Assembly (NCBI GenBank): GCA_963704435.1
Contig: OY969902.1
Coordinates: 120,001-152,000 of the forward strand
Direction: 5' to 3'
DNA from: an uncultured archaeon
GTDB taxonomy: Archaea; Micrarchaeota; Micrarchaeia; Micrarchaeales; CABMGC01
Length of the DNA: 32,000 nucleotides
In this document: in pieces, positions 1 to 7,883 of the stretch
Position numbering within the stretch: the stretch's first letter is position 1
Layout of the letters: every line of letters starts with the position of its first letter
Notes under the pieces: generated by a model
What the model was told of the DNA's origin: nothing
The model's input: the letters and a program-made list of their open reading frames with translations, nothing else
Database searches by the model: none
Program-made: the position numbers and the translations under genes

Positions 1-4
1 CGAA

Positions 5-541
5 TTGAATATTAATGTGGGAGATGCGACGCTAAAGGTCAACGCATGTAGGCAGATGGACGTGGCGCTTGCACCAGTAATCCCCTTATCCATAGTGGTC
101 AGAGCGCTTGCTGGAAGGAAGGGAGGGGCCAAAATTCCGGAGATGCTGGAGGCGCTGGATAGCCTTGGAAACATCAGATCGGTGAATATGCCGTCTGACG
201 TGGGCGAGAGGAAAAAAATGATGTTCCGCCTCCTGGAGAATCTTAGGGCCGTACGCTACCAGGACGGCAGGTGGGAGCTCGGAGTGTGGGGGAAGAACGA
301 GAGCAACAGAAACATAAAGGATGCCCACTACCTCAATCGCACGGCCATCGAGGAGATGCTCGCGCAGTTCGATGCGTGGTGGCGGCAGAACGAGCAGAAA
401 CGCGAGTTGCTTATGCAGCCGGAAAGGGACAAGAAGCAGCAGTGCAAGCTGCTGCCGCTCAAGGCGAACTTGGATCACAGCCTTATACGTGGGCAGGCCA
501 AGTTCGAGAAGCTTCTCGATGCTAAGAATGCTGAAAAATAA
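5..541 (+). CDS. hypothetical protein, probably 5'-truncated by the window edge
   Basis: The frame is open back to nt 2 and the first listed codon is TTG, so the true start probably lies upstream of the window. A 20-nt gap to the next same-strand ORF suggests an operon. It has a winged-helix-like stretch (FRLLENLRAVRYQDGRWEL), but I recognise no family. Confidence 0.5.
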   Translation: MNINVGDATLKVNACRQMDVALAPVIPLSIVVRALAGRKGGAKIPEMLEALDSLGNIRSVNMPSDVGERKKMMFRLLENLRAVRYQDGRWELGVWGKNESNRNIKDAHYLNRTAIEEMLAQFDAWWRQNEQKRELLMQPERDKKQQCKLLPLKANLDHSLIRGQAKFEKLLDAKNAEK

Positions 542-561
542 GATATTGCACAAATGACTGG

Positions 562-1137
562 ATGACTATGCAGAACGCCGATGGAAAGGGCAACGCAGGA
601 ACCGCCGACCTGGCGCAGCTGGAAAGGGACGACCGCTTCGTCTATTACATATCGAACGTTGCGCCCGAGATTATTGCACGGGTGCCTTGGGAAAAGATGA
701 CTCAGAGGGATCGCACGACCTTGAAGGGGGAGATGAAAGAGATTGGCTTCGAGCAGGACTATATCGCGATCAACGGCCATGCGCCGGCCTGGCCCAGGCC
801 GACAAAGCGTGCGTATTCATTCAACAGGGTTTCTGAGGGTCTGGCGCAGCGTCTAGCTGAGTTGTGGGTGTTGAAGTCGAGCGCGGTCCGCGAGCTTTAC
901 AAGGTGGACGACTCCGACCTGGTCAAGTGGGCCGACGCGTACAACACGACGGCTAGGCCGCTGGCCGAGGAGTACGACCACCTTCTCCCGAAGGATCCTG
1001 ATGGTTACCTGATCGGAAGGCCGGGGGAGTACCAGGCCGGGAGCGTGCTGAATGAGCTGCCGCCTTCTGCGGAGATAGTGATTCCCAAGCGCGCCGACGC
1101 CGGTGCCAAGCAGGTCCCCAGTAGAGTATTCAGGTGA
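562..1137 (+). CDS. hypothetical protein
   Basis: 191-codon ORF whose ATG lies 20 nt after the upstream stop on the same strand. The overlapping minus-strand ORFs look like GC-driven shadows. No family recognised. Confidence 0.55.
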   Translation: MTMQNADGKGNAGTADLAQLERDDRFVYYISNVAPEIIARVPWEKMTQRDRTTLKGEMKEIGFEQDYIAINGHAPAWPRPTKRAYSFNRVSEGLAQRLAELWVLKSSAVRELYKVDDSDLVKWADAYNTTARPLAEEYDHLLPKDPDGYLIGRPGEYQAGSVLNELPPSAEIVIPKRADAGAKQVPSRVFR

Positions 1138-1221
1138 CTGCACCTCCCGCCGGCATCTTCAAGGGCAAATTTAACGCCAATGCTTAAGAACCTCGGAAGG
1201 CACAATTGACAGTAGGATAAA

Positions 1222-1662
1222 ATGAGCGTTGCGATATTCAATAAAGCTGCAGAGGGCTGCGTTGTCGAGATTCCTTCGAAGACCATCGAAACGCCAGCGG
1301 CTGCTGCAACATTGATCATGCCAAAAACCGCAGAAGCGGAAATATCCGACGGCACAGGCGCACTGAAGGCGGCACTCCAAAAAACAGAGGAAAAGACCGC
1401 GATAGAGATGCACAAAGAGGGCAAAACTACCAAGCACAGCAGGAATTGGAATGAAGAGGCCTGGAGACCGTCATACAGCTATATCGACGGGCTTGCAGTG
1501 ATAACGGCAGTCATCGCACTTGTCTATAGCGTCGAATACGCGGCCGCTTTCGCGGTCGGATGTGGAGTGACCATATTGGGATGGAGGTACTATAAAGGAC
1601 ACCAGAATGGCAAAAATGAAGCTATAAAGGCAGGCGAGCAGCCCGATGGCAAGTCCAAGTAA
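1222..1662 (+). CDS. hypothetical small membrane protein
   Basis: 146-codon ORF. A C-terminal hydrophobic hairpin (GLAVITAVIALVYSVEYAAAFAVGCGVTILGW) suggests two TM helices. No family recognised. Confidence 0.5.
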   Translation: MSVAIFNKAAEGCVVEIPSKTIETPAAAATLIMPKTAEAEISDGTGALKAALQKTEEKTAIEMHKEGKTTKHSRNWNEEAWRPSYSYIDGLAVITAVIALVYSVEYAAAFAVGCGVTILGWRYYKGHQNGKNEAIKAGEQPDGKSK

Positions 1663-2068
1663 ATAGCGCCCGCACCGGCTTCCTGAGGTACGCGGTGCAC
1701 TGCGCGCGGCTGCTCTGAGCGCGCCGGGCGGAGAGGTTGATTCCCGCGCAGACAGAATAATGTTAGAAAAGCCCAGATAATTCTAGCAGAAGCAAATCTT
1801 CTCTTTATCTGCGTCCACGCGCCTGCTCGCTCCGACCTTACAAATTATCGATGAGAAATTTATCCGCTCTTTAATCGCAGATTAGGCGCTAATTCTGTCG
1901 TCGGAGCAGATGATTACCGGAATTTTCAACAGACGTTTTGAGTTATCATCAGCATGGTAATTTGGTCGCGAGTTCCATACCTATAGCAGGAAAAACGCCT
2001 CATGAGGAAAAGGCATTTCTTCGGACCTCTTCCGATGCTCCAGCCGGCTTGGTTCACCACCGGGCCTG

Positions 2069-2167
2069 ATTTTCCATAAATGCGGAATGTAAGCTTTTCT
2101 GAAAAGGTATTTTCGTTCTACAGTTATGGAAAATGGAAAAATACACCTGCATTTTTGATTTTTCCAT
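2069..2167. repeat. cluster of ATGGAAA(A)/TTTTCCAT motifs, including a perfect 10-bp inverted repeat
   Basis: TTTTCCAT at 2070-2077. Tandem ATGGAAA ATGGAAA at 2126-2139. ATGGAAAAAT (2133-2142) is the exact reverse complement of ATTTTTCCAT (2158-2167), separated by a 15-nt spacer. All of this sits in a gene-free spacer. Confidence 0.6.
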
Positions 2168-2223
2168 GTCTATGAGCCTAGTCCGATGCACTGTGAGAAC
2201 ACCCCAAAAGGACGAAGCTAGTT

Positions 2224-2481
2224 CTAGCGCCTCAGCTCGATGAGCTTGTACCTCAGCGCGTCATATGCCTCTAACGGGAGGAAGACCGCATGAAGCGCGT
2301 TATCCAAGGTCATAACCTCATCCAGCACAGGCGTAAGTATGAGGCTTGCGCCAATCCCAATCTCGACAGGACTGTGGTTTACGAATCCCGAGACTACACA
2401 TACGATGCCCGCAGTGGCCGCCGCAGTGTGGAAGTTTGTTTTATCCATTTCACTCACGTATATTATAATAGCGCTTCTCAT
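2224..2481 (-). CDS. hypothetical small protein (85 aa)
   Basis: ATG-initiated ORF in the track with no family recognised. Its upstream leader carries the palindromes GTTGGAC-ATGC-GTCCAAC (2501-2518) and CCGTATACGG (2530-2539). Confidence 0.4.
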   Translation of the reverse strand: MRSAIIIYVSEMDKTNFHTAAATAGIVCVVSGFVNHSPVEIGIGASLILTPVLDEVMTLDNALHAVFLPLEAYDALRYKLIELRR

Positions 2482-2500
2482 ATTTACGTCGAATCACATG

Positions 2501-2539
2501 GTTGGACATGCGTCCAACTAGAGGGATAGCCGTATACGG
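2501..2539. promoter_or_regulatory. two perfect palindromes upstream of the 85-aa gene (possible operator or leader hairpin)
   Basis: GTTGGAC ATGC GTCCAAC (7-bp arms, 2501-2518) and CCGTATACGG (2530-2539) lie 20-58 nt upstream of the ATG at 2481. Any function is inferred only. Confidence 0.3.
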
Positions 2540-2675
2540 TATATGAAAAGCTTATTCTCGCGCCACACCCCAAGCCGCCTAATACTGTTTGAGAAAATCC
2601 AACTCTTTCCTGTCTTATGGCACGCTAACTCCGGACTGCTCTGCGGCAATTGCATTTTTGCATCCTATTACGGCA

Positions 2676-3278
2676 TCAGAGGAACGCTGAACATCCTCCG
2701 CGGCTTCCCTTCGCCGGATGCTGGACTTCGCTCTCATCCACCTTCATGTGGCGTGATGCTGCAATCAGCAGTGCGCCGATCGCGACGATGGCTGTGCCCG
2801 CCGCCGCCACGTTGAGCCCAAGGTTCTGCAGGTTCTGTATCGTTATGTGCGCGTGTGCCGTAAGCACGCTCACATTGTTTCCTCCGTTCAGATAGAACGC
2901 CGGGTCCTGGATTTTTCCCATCGACAGCCTAATGCCGTCCAACGTCGCCGATTTCCCAGGAGCGAGCACAGCAAGCGGCGACTGGCTACCGCCTTCGCTG
3001 ACATAAACGTACGCTGCGTCGACGGTTTTGTTGAAGAAGTCCCATCCGACTCCAGTTACGTGGACATTGCGGGAGGGCACACTTGCAACCGCGATGACGT
3101 CCCCGGACTGCACCGTCGTCCTGATTGTCTCGACCACGGGGTTAAAGAAGTTAGTTACGCCTACGATCGCCCCCGAAAGGCCGAACCCAGAAACCACACC
3201 TCCCCAGGCCTCGCCGTAATCTCTCACCGCGCCCTTAACCGCTGCAACATATCCGTTGGCATTCGACTTGGTGGTCAT
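2676..3278 (-). CDS. hypothetical membrane-anchored protein (Gly-rich N-terminal hydrophobic segment, C-terminal TM anchor)
   Basis: The track ORF is 2676..3401. I prefer the internal ATG at 3278 (MTTKSNANGY...) because a TATA-like box (ATATTTAA, 3306-3313) is centred about 32 nt upstream of it. The longer form would run across both divergent promoters. Hydrophobic segments are GGVVSGFGLSGAIVGVTNFF and AAAGTAIVAIGALLIAA. Confidence 0.55.
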   Translation of the reverse strand: MTTKSNANGYVAAVKGAVRDYGEAWGGVVSGFGLSGAIVGVTNFFNPVVETIRTTVQSGDVIAVASVPSRNVHVTGVGWDFFNKTVDAAYVYVSEGGSQSPLAVLAPGKSATLDGIRLSMGKIQDPAFYLNGGNNVSVLTAHAHITIQNLQNLGLNVAAAGTAIVAIGALLIAASRHMKVDESEVQHPAKGSRGGCSAFL

Positions 3279-3305
3279 GCTATCAGTATCTGCTGCGCTC
3301 TCCCC

Positions 3306-3313
3306 ATATTTAA
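3306..3313 (-). promoter_or_regulatory. TATA-like box for 2676..3278
   Basis: ATATTTAA is centred about 32 nt upstream of the ATG at 3278. Confidence 0.45.
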
Positions 3314-3403
3314 GGATTTTCCGCGTTCTTGCCGAAAAGTCCGCAGGGGCGTACCAGCAAGAGCGCATCCGTTTGCGCCGTGAAAACAGTTTCCCGAACA
3401 ATG

Positions 3404-3412
3404 CTTATATAT
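3404..3412 (+). promoter_or_regulatory. TATA-like box for 3442..3978
   Basis: CTTATATAT is centred about 34 nt upstream of the ATG at 3442. Confidence 0.5.
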
Positions 3413-3441
3413 GCGGAAAAACAAAGGAAAATCGTGGTAAA

Positions 3442-3978
3442 ATGGTGAGCGACGAGTCCAAGCGGGAAGGTCCTGTTCAAATTAAGACTAGGATCGATGA
3501 GCATCCTATTGTGAAGATTGCTGCGATAATGGAGGGGAGGTTCTCAGACCTAAATGACAAATTCAATGCTGGCGTAAATGCGCTACGAATCCAGGGCATG
3601 AAGGAGATTGAGGAGGCCGAGAGGGTAGCGGTGTTAAATATTGCTAAAGAATTGGCGGGAGATAAGACTGAAAATGGCAAAAACATGAGAGACATCCTTT
3701 CAGAGCTGAGTGCAAAGGGCGAAATCAAGTCCTATGGCCTTCCCGTCGGCATGTGGGACCTGAAAGAAGCCAAGCTTGTGAGAACTGACGTAAGCCCATC
3801 TTCGCTCTATGCCGACATCGACACGTATGAAACAGATCCGACGACATTCGTATTGACGGAAACCGGCAGAAAAGTCACTGCGAAGCTGCTTGAGATACAG
3901 AGCGGAAAGGCGCTGGAGGAAACGAACGCGGCTGAGGACATTCTCGGAACCCTGTTTAGGAGCCCGGCCAAGAATTGA
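3442..3978 (+). CDS. hypothetical protein, short member of a paralog pair (winged-helix-like C-terminal part)
   Basis: The track ORF starts at 3256, but that extension overlaps the divergent gene and promoter. The ATG at 3442 follows a TATA box. The protein is clearly similar to the N-terminal 150 aa of 9899..10876: EHPIVKIAAIMEGR/VHPIVNMAEEMEEH, EIKSYG/EIESYG, DLKEAKLV/DLESAKLV, TFVLTETGRKVTAKLLEIQ/TYRLTEMGRRVAGKILEKQ. Confidence 0.65.
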   Translation: MVSDESKREGPVQIKTRIDEHPIVKIAAIMEGRFSDLNDKFNAGVNALRIQGMKEIEEAERVAVLNIAKELAGDKTENGKNMRDILSELSAKGEIKSYGLPVGMWDLKEAKLVRTDVSPSSLYADIDTYETDPTTFVLTETGRKVTAKLLEIQSGKALEETNAAEDILGTLFRSPAKN

Positions 3979-4020
3979 TAATTAGGGATTAAATGCAAGC
4001 GCCTGAACATTCCGACTCTT

Positions 4021-4911
4021 ATGAGATGTGATGGCATGGCAAGGAACGCAATCGTAATAAGTGGTGAGGCCATCGAAGCCACAATCGACTTGGATAGCTC
4101 GCGGCTCTCCAGTCTGAAATCCAGAGGACTTAAGCGGGGAGGGGACGACATCGAAGTAATGTACCAGGGCGGTGCGCCGGACGGGGCGGGACCGCGTTAC
4201 AACTATCTGATGTTTCCAATCATCGGAAAGACAAAAGACGATAGAGTCAGGTTAAACGGCGACGACATCGCCATTGCGCAGCATGGCATAGCCCGCGACC
4301 TTCCCTGGGAGGTGCTGCACCGCGACCCGAGCTCGGTGGCCATGAGGCAGACGTACGAGGCGCGCACGAAAGTGTTGAGGCGGGAGAAGGGAATCGAGTC
4401 CTCGTGGCCGTTCGACTATGCGATTACCAACGCATACCGCATCGGAATTGACGACTCGCTGGTGCTGAACGTCGTGATCGAGAACCGCTCCGAAGCGAGC
4501 ATGCCCTACACCCTCGGATGGCACTTCACGGTCGCGGCACCCTCCGGCACGGCCATCACCATCATGAATTGCAACGAGCCGCGCGTCCGCGACATGCCTT
4601 TGGAAAGCGTCACCTCAGCGAAAGGCAACGTCATCGTATTCGACGAGGCTTTCGCGATAAACTGCAGGACAGTGGAATACGAAATAGGGGTTGAGCACAA
4701 TTTCGGCAGCATGCAGGTCTGGGCGCCGGCCCCAGAGGCGGACGGCGTGCAGTTCGCAGGGATAGAGCCGATAACGGCCAGGCCGCTGAGCCGCGTCGAC
4801 GACTACGACCCTCAACGGGAGCTACGCCTGCAGCCGGGATACGCCGAACTCGGACCGGGACAGGCCAAGACCTTCACCGCGGCCGTAAGGATCATAGAGC
4901 ACCGCGATTGA
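4021..4911 (+). CDS. aldose 1-epimerase (galactose mutarotase-like) family protein
   Basis: The motif pattern is typical of the family: QHGIARDLPWEV, then WPFDYAITNAYRI, then LNVVIENRSEASMPYTLGWHFTV. The start could be ATG 4021 (a TATA-like ATTAAAT lies about 29 nt upstream) or ATG 4036. Confidence 0.7.
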   Translation: MRCDGMARNAIVISGEAIEATIDLDSSRLSSLKSRGLKRGGDDIEVMYQGGAPDGAGPRYNYLMFPIIGKTKDDRVRLNGDDIAIAQHGIARDLPWEVLHRDPSSVAMRQTYEARTKVLRREKGIESSWPFDYAITNAYRIGIDDSLVLNVVIENRSEASMPYTLGWHFTVAAPSGTAITIMNCNEPRVRDMPLESVTSAKGNVIVFDEAFAINCRTVEYEIGVEHNFGSMQVWAPAPEADGVQFAGIEPITARPLSRVDDYDPQRELRLQPGYAELGPGQAKTFTAAVRIIEHRD

Positions 4912-4927
4912 GGCAGAAAGGCAAGCC

Positions 4928-4934
4928 ATATATT
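4928..4934 (+). promoter_or_regulatory. TATA-like box for the MFS transporter gene
   Basis: ATATATT is centred about 33 nt upstream of the ATG at 4964. Confidence 0.45.
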
Positions 4935-4963
4935 CATTGCATTGCATTTTCTGAAATGTTACA

Positions 4964-6724
4964 ATGCCTAATGCTGAGGACAGCCCTCCCAATAACGGGA
5001 CGGCCCGCAAGGACCTGGCCTACGACTCCAAGGAGGAGAAGCGCGAGGGGAAGTACGGGATTGACTACAAGTGGATAGTGCTCTCCAACACCACGCTCGG
5101 CGCGACGATGGCTGCGATAGACAGCTCGATAGTGCTGATCTCCCTGCCGCAGATCTTCAGCGGTCTCGGCGTCAATCCGCTCGTGCCGGCAAACATCGGC
5201 CTGCTGCTCTGGATGCTTCTGGGCTACATGATAGTCAGCTCGGTCTGCGTCGTCGCCTTCGGCAGGTTGTCCGATATGTACGGCCGCGTCAGGCTCTACA
5301 ACGTGGGCTTCATCGTCTTCGCGCTCGCGAGCACGCTCATCTACGCGTCGTCCTACTTCGTCACCGGCACGGCGGGCGCGCTCTCCATAATACTGCTAAG
5401 GCTCTTCCAGGCGGTAGGGGGCGCATTCCTGTTCGCCAACAGCGCGGCGCTGCTCACGGACGCGTTCCCGCACACAGAGAGGGGGATGGCCCTGGGAATC
5501 AACGGGATCGCCTTCGCAGGAGGCAGCATCGTGGGCCTGATAGTCGGAGGGCTGCTCGCCGCGATAGACTGGCACCTGATATTCATGATAAGCGTTCCCA
5601 TAGGCATCGCGGGGGCTGTGTGGTCCTACCTCGCGCTGCATGAGATAGCCACGATGAAGAAAGACCAGAAGCTCGACATCCCGGGAAACGTGGCCTTCGG
5701 CGCCTCGCTCGCGATACTGCTCATAGCACTCACCTACGCGATGCTTCCCTATGGCAGCGCGCAGACCGGCTGGGGCAACCCACTGGTGCTCGCGGGCTTC
5801 GCGATCGGGACCGCGCTGATGCTCCTCTTCGTCTGGATCGAGCTGCATTCCAAGGACCCGATGTTCAAGCTCAACCTCTTCAGGAACAGGTCCTTCGCAG
5901 CAGGGAACATCAGCATGCTGCTCGCGGGCATAGCAAGGGGCGGACTGCAGCTCATGCTGGTCATCTGGCTGCAGGGCATCTGGCTGCCGCTGCATGGGGT
6001 CAGCTTCGAGCGGACCCCGCTGCTAGCGGCGATATACATGCTGCCCCTCACAATAGGTGTCCTCGTATCGGGTCCGATATTCGGCAAGCTATCCGACAAG
6101 CACGGGGTCAACCTCTTCGCCACGTTGGGGATGGTCCTGAGCGCAGTGGGCTTCGCCGCGATGCTTGCGCTGCCAGTGTCATTCTCGCTCTGGCCGTTCG
6201 TGGCAGTGACCTTCCTGCTCGGAGTGGGTCAGGGCATGTTCATCTCGCCGAACATGGCAGCGATAATGAATGCCGTACCGCCGGAGGACAGGGGCGCAGC
6301 AGGTGGGATGCGCGCCGCGCTGCAGAACATCTCCTACATGTTCAGCATAATAATATTCTTCTCGCTGCTCGTGCTAGGGCTGGGCGCTACCCTGCAGCAC
6401 TCGATGTACACGGGCCTGGTCGCGCAAGGCATATCCAACTCCACAGCAGCGACCGCATCGAACATATCCCCGACAGGCGCGCTCTTCGCTGCATTCCTCG
6501 GATACAATCCGCTGAAGACGCTGATACCTGCTGGAATATTCGCCAACCTGACCGCGGTGCAGCAGGCGGCGATAGCCAGCACCGGCTTCTTCCCGCAGCT
6601 CATCTCGCCGCCGTTCCAGCAGGGGATACAGACTGTGCTCTATCTGGCGATAGCGATGTCAATAGTGGCTGCGATAGCATCCTCGCTGAGGGGCAAGAGG
6701 AGCGTCTACGGGATCGAGCCATAG
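4964..6724 (+). CDS. MFS transporter, DHA2/EmrB-like (long, about 14 hydrophobic segments)
   Basis: 586 aa and highly hydrophobic throughout. It has an MFS motif-A-like GRLSDMYGRVRLY after TM2. Length and segment count fit the 14-TMS drug:H+ antiporter type. Confidence 0.85.
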   Translation: MPNAEDSPPNNGTARKDLAYDSKEEKREGKYGIDYKWIVLSNTTLGATMAAIDSSIVLISLPQIFSGLGVNPLVPANIGLLLWMLLGYMIVSSVCVVAFGRLSDMYGRVRLYNVGFIVFALASTLIYASSYFVTGTAGALSIILLRLFQAVGGAFLFANSAALLTDAFPHTERGMALGINGIAFAGGSIVGLIVGGLLAAIDWHLIFMISVPIGIAGAVWSYLALHEIATMKKDQKLDIPGNVAFGASLAILLIALTYAMLPYGSAQTGWGNPLVLAGFAIGTALMLLFVWIELHSKDPMFKLNLFRNRSFAAGNISMLLAGIARGGLQLMLVIWLQGIWLPLHGVSFERTPLLAAIYMLPLTIGVLVSGPIFGKLSDKHGVNLFATLGMVLSAVGFAAMLALPVSFSLWPFVAVTFLLGVGQGMFISPNMAAIMNAVPPEDRGAAGGMRAALQNISYMFSIIIFFSLLVLGLGATLQHSMYTGLVAQGISNSTAATASNISPTGALFAAFLGYNPLKTLIPAGIFANLTAVQQAAIASTGFFPQLISPPFQQGIQTVLYLAIAMSIVAAIASSLRGKRSVYGIEP

Positions 6725-6764
6725 TGAGCAGACCGCAAGCTAGGATATTTAAAAATGACCTCCT

Positions 6765-6784
6765 CCCCCGACTAAAGTCGGGGG
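6765..6784. repeat. IS right-end subterminal hairpin
   Basis: CCCCCGAC TAAA GTCGGGGG is a perfect 8-bp stem with a TAAA loop, 14 nt beyond the tnpA stop. Confidence 0.7.
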
Positions 6785-6797
6785 TATCCCCTGCGCT

Positions 6798-7253
6798 CTA
6801 GGCGGCAAGTCTCATTTGTCCGTACTGATCCTGCTTTCTGATGTAATTTTGTATCGTCTCCTCGTTCTGAGGGCCTACGCTTCCGTTACTGTATCCTTCA
6901 CTCCAGAAATGCCCTCTCCAATACTTAAGTCGATGGTTTGGCATTTCTTTGAAGACCACGTACGCCGAATATCCCTTCAGCAGTTGCACCGCGGTTGAAA
7001 CTGACATAGTATTTGGTACGTCAATCTCAAGATGCACGTGTTGAAAGTCTTCTCCGACAGCGAATTCTTTAATTCCGATTCCATGTCTACGCGCGGCGTC
7101 ATAAATCGCATCGTGTATTATTCGGCAGGTCTCTGGATTTTTGAACATCCTGTATCGATATTTCGACACAAAAACCATGTGCTGCCAGTTGTACCTGTGG
7201 ATGCATGCCGTCGCGCTTTCCTTTATATCCCTTACATTGTTTACACTATTCAC
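6798..7253 (-). CDS. tnpA: IS200/IS605 family transposase TnpA (Y1 HUH single-strand transposase)
   Basis: 151 aa, with the HUH motif in FQHVHLEIDVP and typical N-terminal (YNWQHMVFVSKYRYRMF) and C-terminal (FWSEGYSNGSVG) blocks. Confidence 0.9.
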   Translation of the reverse strand: MNSVNNVRDIKESATACIHRYNWQHMVFVSKYRYRMFKNPETCRIIHDAIYDAARRHGIGIKEFAVGEDFQHVHLEIDVPNTMSVSTAVQLLKGYSAYVVFKEMPNHRLKYWRGHFWSEGYSNGSVGPQNEETIQNYIRKQDQYGQMRLAA

Positions 7254-7360
7254 AATAACACTTCGGCGGCAGAAACTTCAGGACCGCAAAAATTCTGGGG
7301 CCACACTGCCGTCGCTAATCCTTCTCAGAATTTGTTAAAAATAGAGCAGGAACACTCAAA

Positions 7361-7413
7361 GTGGGGTCAATTCCTGTCCGCGGGCTAAAGCCCGTGGTAT
7401 ACCTTGACCCCAC
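7361..7413. repeat. IS left-end nested palindrome
   Basis: The outer 10-bp arms GTGGGGTCAA (7361-7370) and TTGACCCCAC (7404-7413) enclose an inner hairpin CCGCGGGC TAAA GCCCGTGG (7378-7397). The inner hairpin has the same TAAA loop as the other end. Confidence 0.7.
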
Positions 7414-7432
7414 ACCCCCTAATAAAACAAGC

Positions 7433-7465
7433 GGCGGGCCAGAAGGCCCGCCAAACAAAAAAGAG
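7433..7465 (-). terminator. hairpin plus oligo-T terminator downstream of the TRAM gene
   Basis: GGCGGGCC AGAA GGCCCGCC (7433-7452). On the minus strand a CTCTTTTTTGTTT run lies between the TRAM stop (7475) and this hairpin. Confidence 0.5.
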
Positions 7466-7474
7466 TTCCGGACT

Positions 7475-7759
7475 TTACTGTATGATCTCGCCGGTAGAGA
7501 ACCTTTCCCTGACGTCGGTTATCCTCACCTTCACGGTGTCGCCCTGTCTGGCGCCCTTCACGAAGATGACGAAGCCGTCCTTCTTGGCTATGCCGTCGCC
7601 CTTCGACGCGGTCCCTTCTATCTTCACTTCGACCTCGTCTCCGACCTTCACCGGCTTAGGCTCGGACGAGCCCGAGAAAGAGCTCCTCCTGTCTCCGCCG
7701 AATCCGCCCCTGTAGCCCCCTCTGGAGCCGCTTCCGTAGTTTCCTTCTTCATATGACAT
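7475..7759 (-). CDS. TRAM-domain RNA-binding protein with an N-terminal RGG-rich low-complexity segment
   Basis: The C-terminal 60 aa match the TRAM pattern (VKVGDEVEVKIEGTASKGDGIAKKDGFVIFVKGARQGDTVKVRITDV). I prefer the ATG at 7759 because the 12 extra codons of the track ORF (start 7795) are AT-rich at third positions and look like a leader. An AAGTGA Shine-Dalgarno-like element precedes 7759. Confidence 0.75.
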   Translation of the reverse strand: MSYEEGNYGSGSRGGYRGGFGGDRRSSFSGSSEPKPVKVGDEVEVKIEGTASKGDGIAKKDGFVIFVKGARQGDTVKVRITDVRERFSTGEIIQ

Positions 7760-7883
7760 TCTATTCACTTCTTTACGCAGAATTAGAGCTTTCATTATGC
7801 CTTTCTTCTCCGTAAAGATATATGGAGGTCTAGTCCTATATAAAGCTTCGCAAGAAGGTCTGCATGATCGGCAGCGCGATGGC

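Larger units (their letters stand above)
6743..7413 (-). mobile_element. IS200-type insertion sequence (IS200/IS605 family, tnpA only); boundaries approximate
   Basis: A Y1/HUH transposase gene is flanked by subterminal hairpins on both sides (6765-6784 and 7361-7413). The body is AT-richer than the flanking genes. No tnpB is present. Exact ends cannot be set without a second copy or an empty site. Confidence 0.75.

Noticed and set aside
1940-1960. A CUGAUGA-like string on the minus strand was considered as a possible C box of a C/D-box sRNA in the long spacer.
   Set aside because: No D box (CUGA) lies at a suitable distance downstream, there are no terminal complementary stems, and the C box is imperfect.
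3342-3355. The 14-mer CGCAGGGGCGTACC is shared with 11175-11188 (inside the csp-downstream hairpin).
   Set aside because: A few exact 14-mer coincidences are expected by chance in 32 kb on both strands. There is no flanking similarity.
3256-3441. N-terminal 62 codons of track ORF 3256..3978. The 5' extensions of 2676..3401, 9428.., 15735..16622, 16558.., 21059.., 30289..30747 and 7475..7795 are similar cases.
   Set aside because: These extensions overlap divergent genes or promoters, or the preceding gene. They contain TATA boxes positioned for the internal ATG and have non-coding-like composition. The internal ATG starts fit better.
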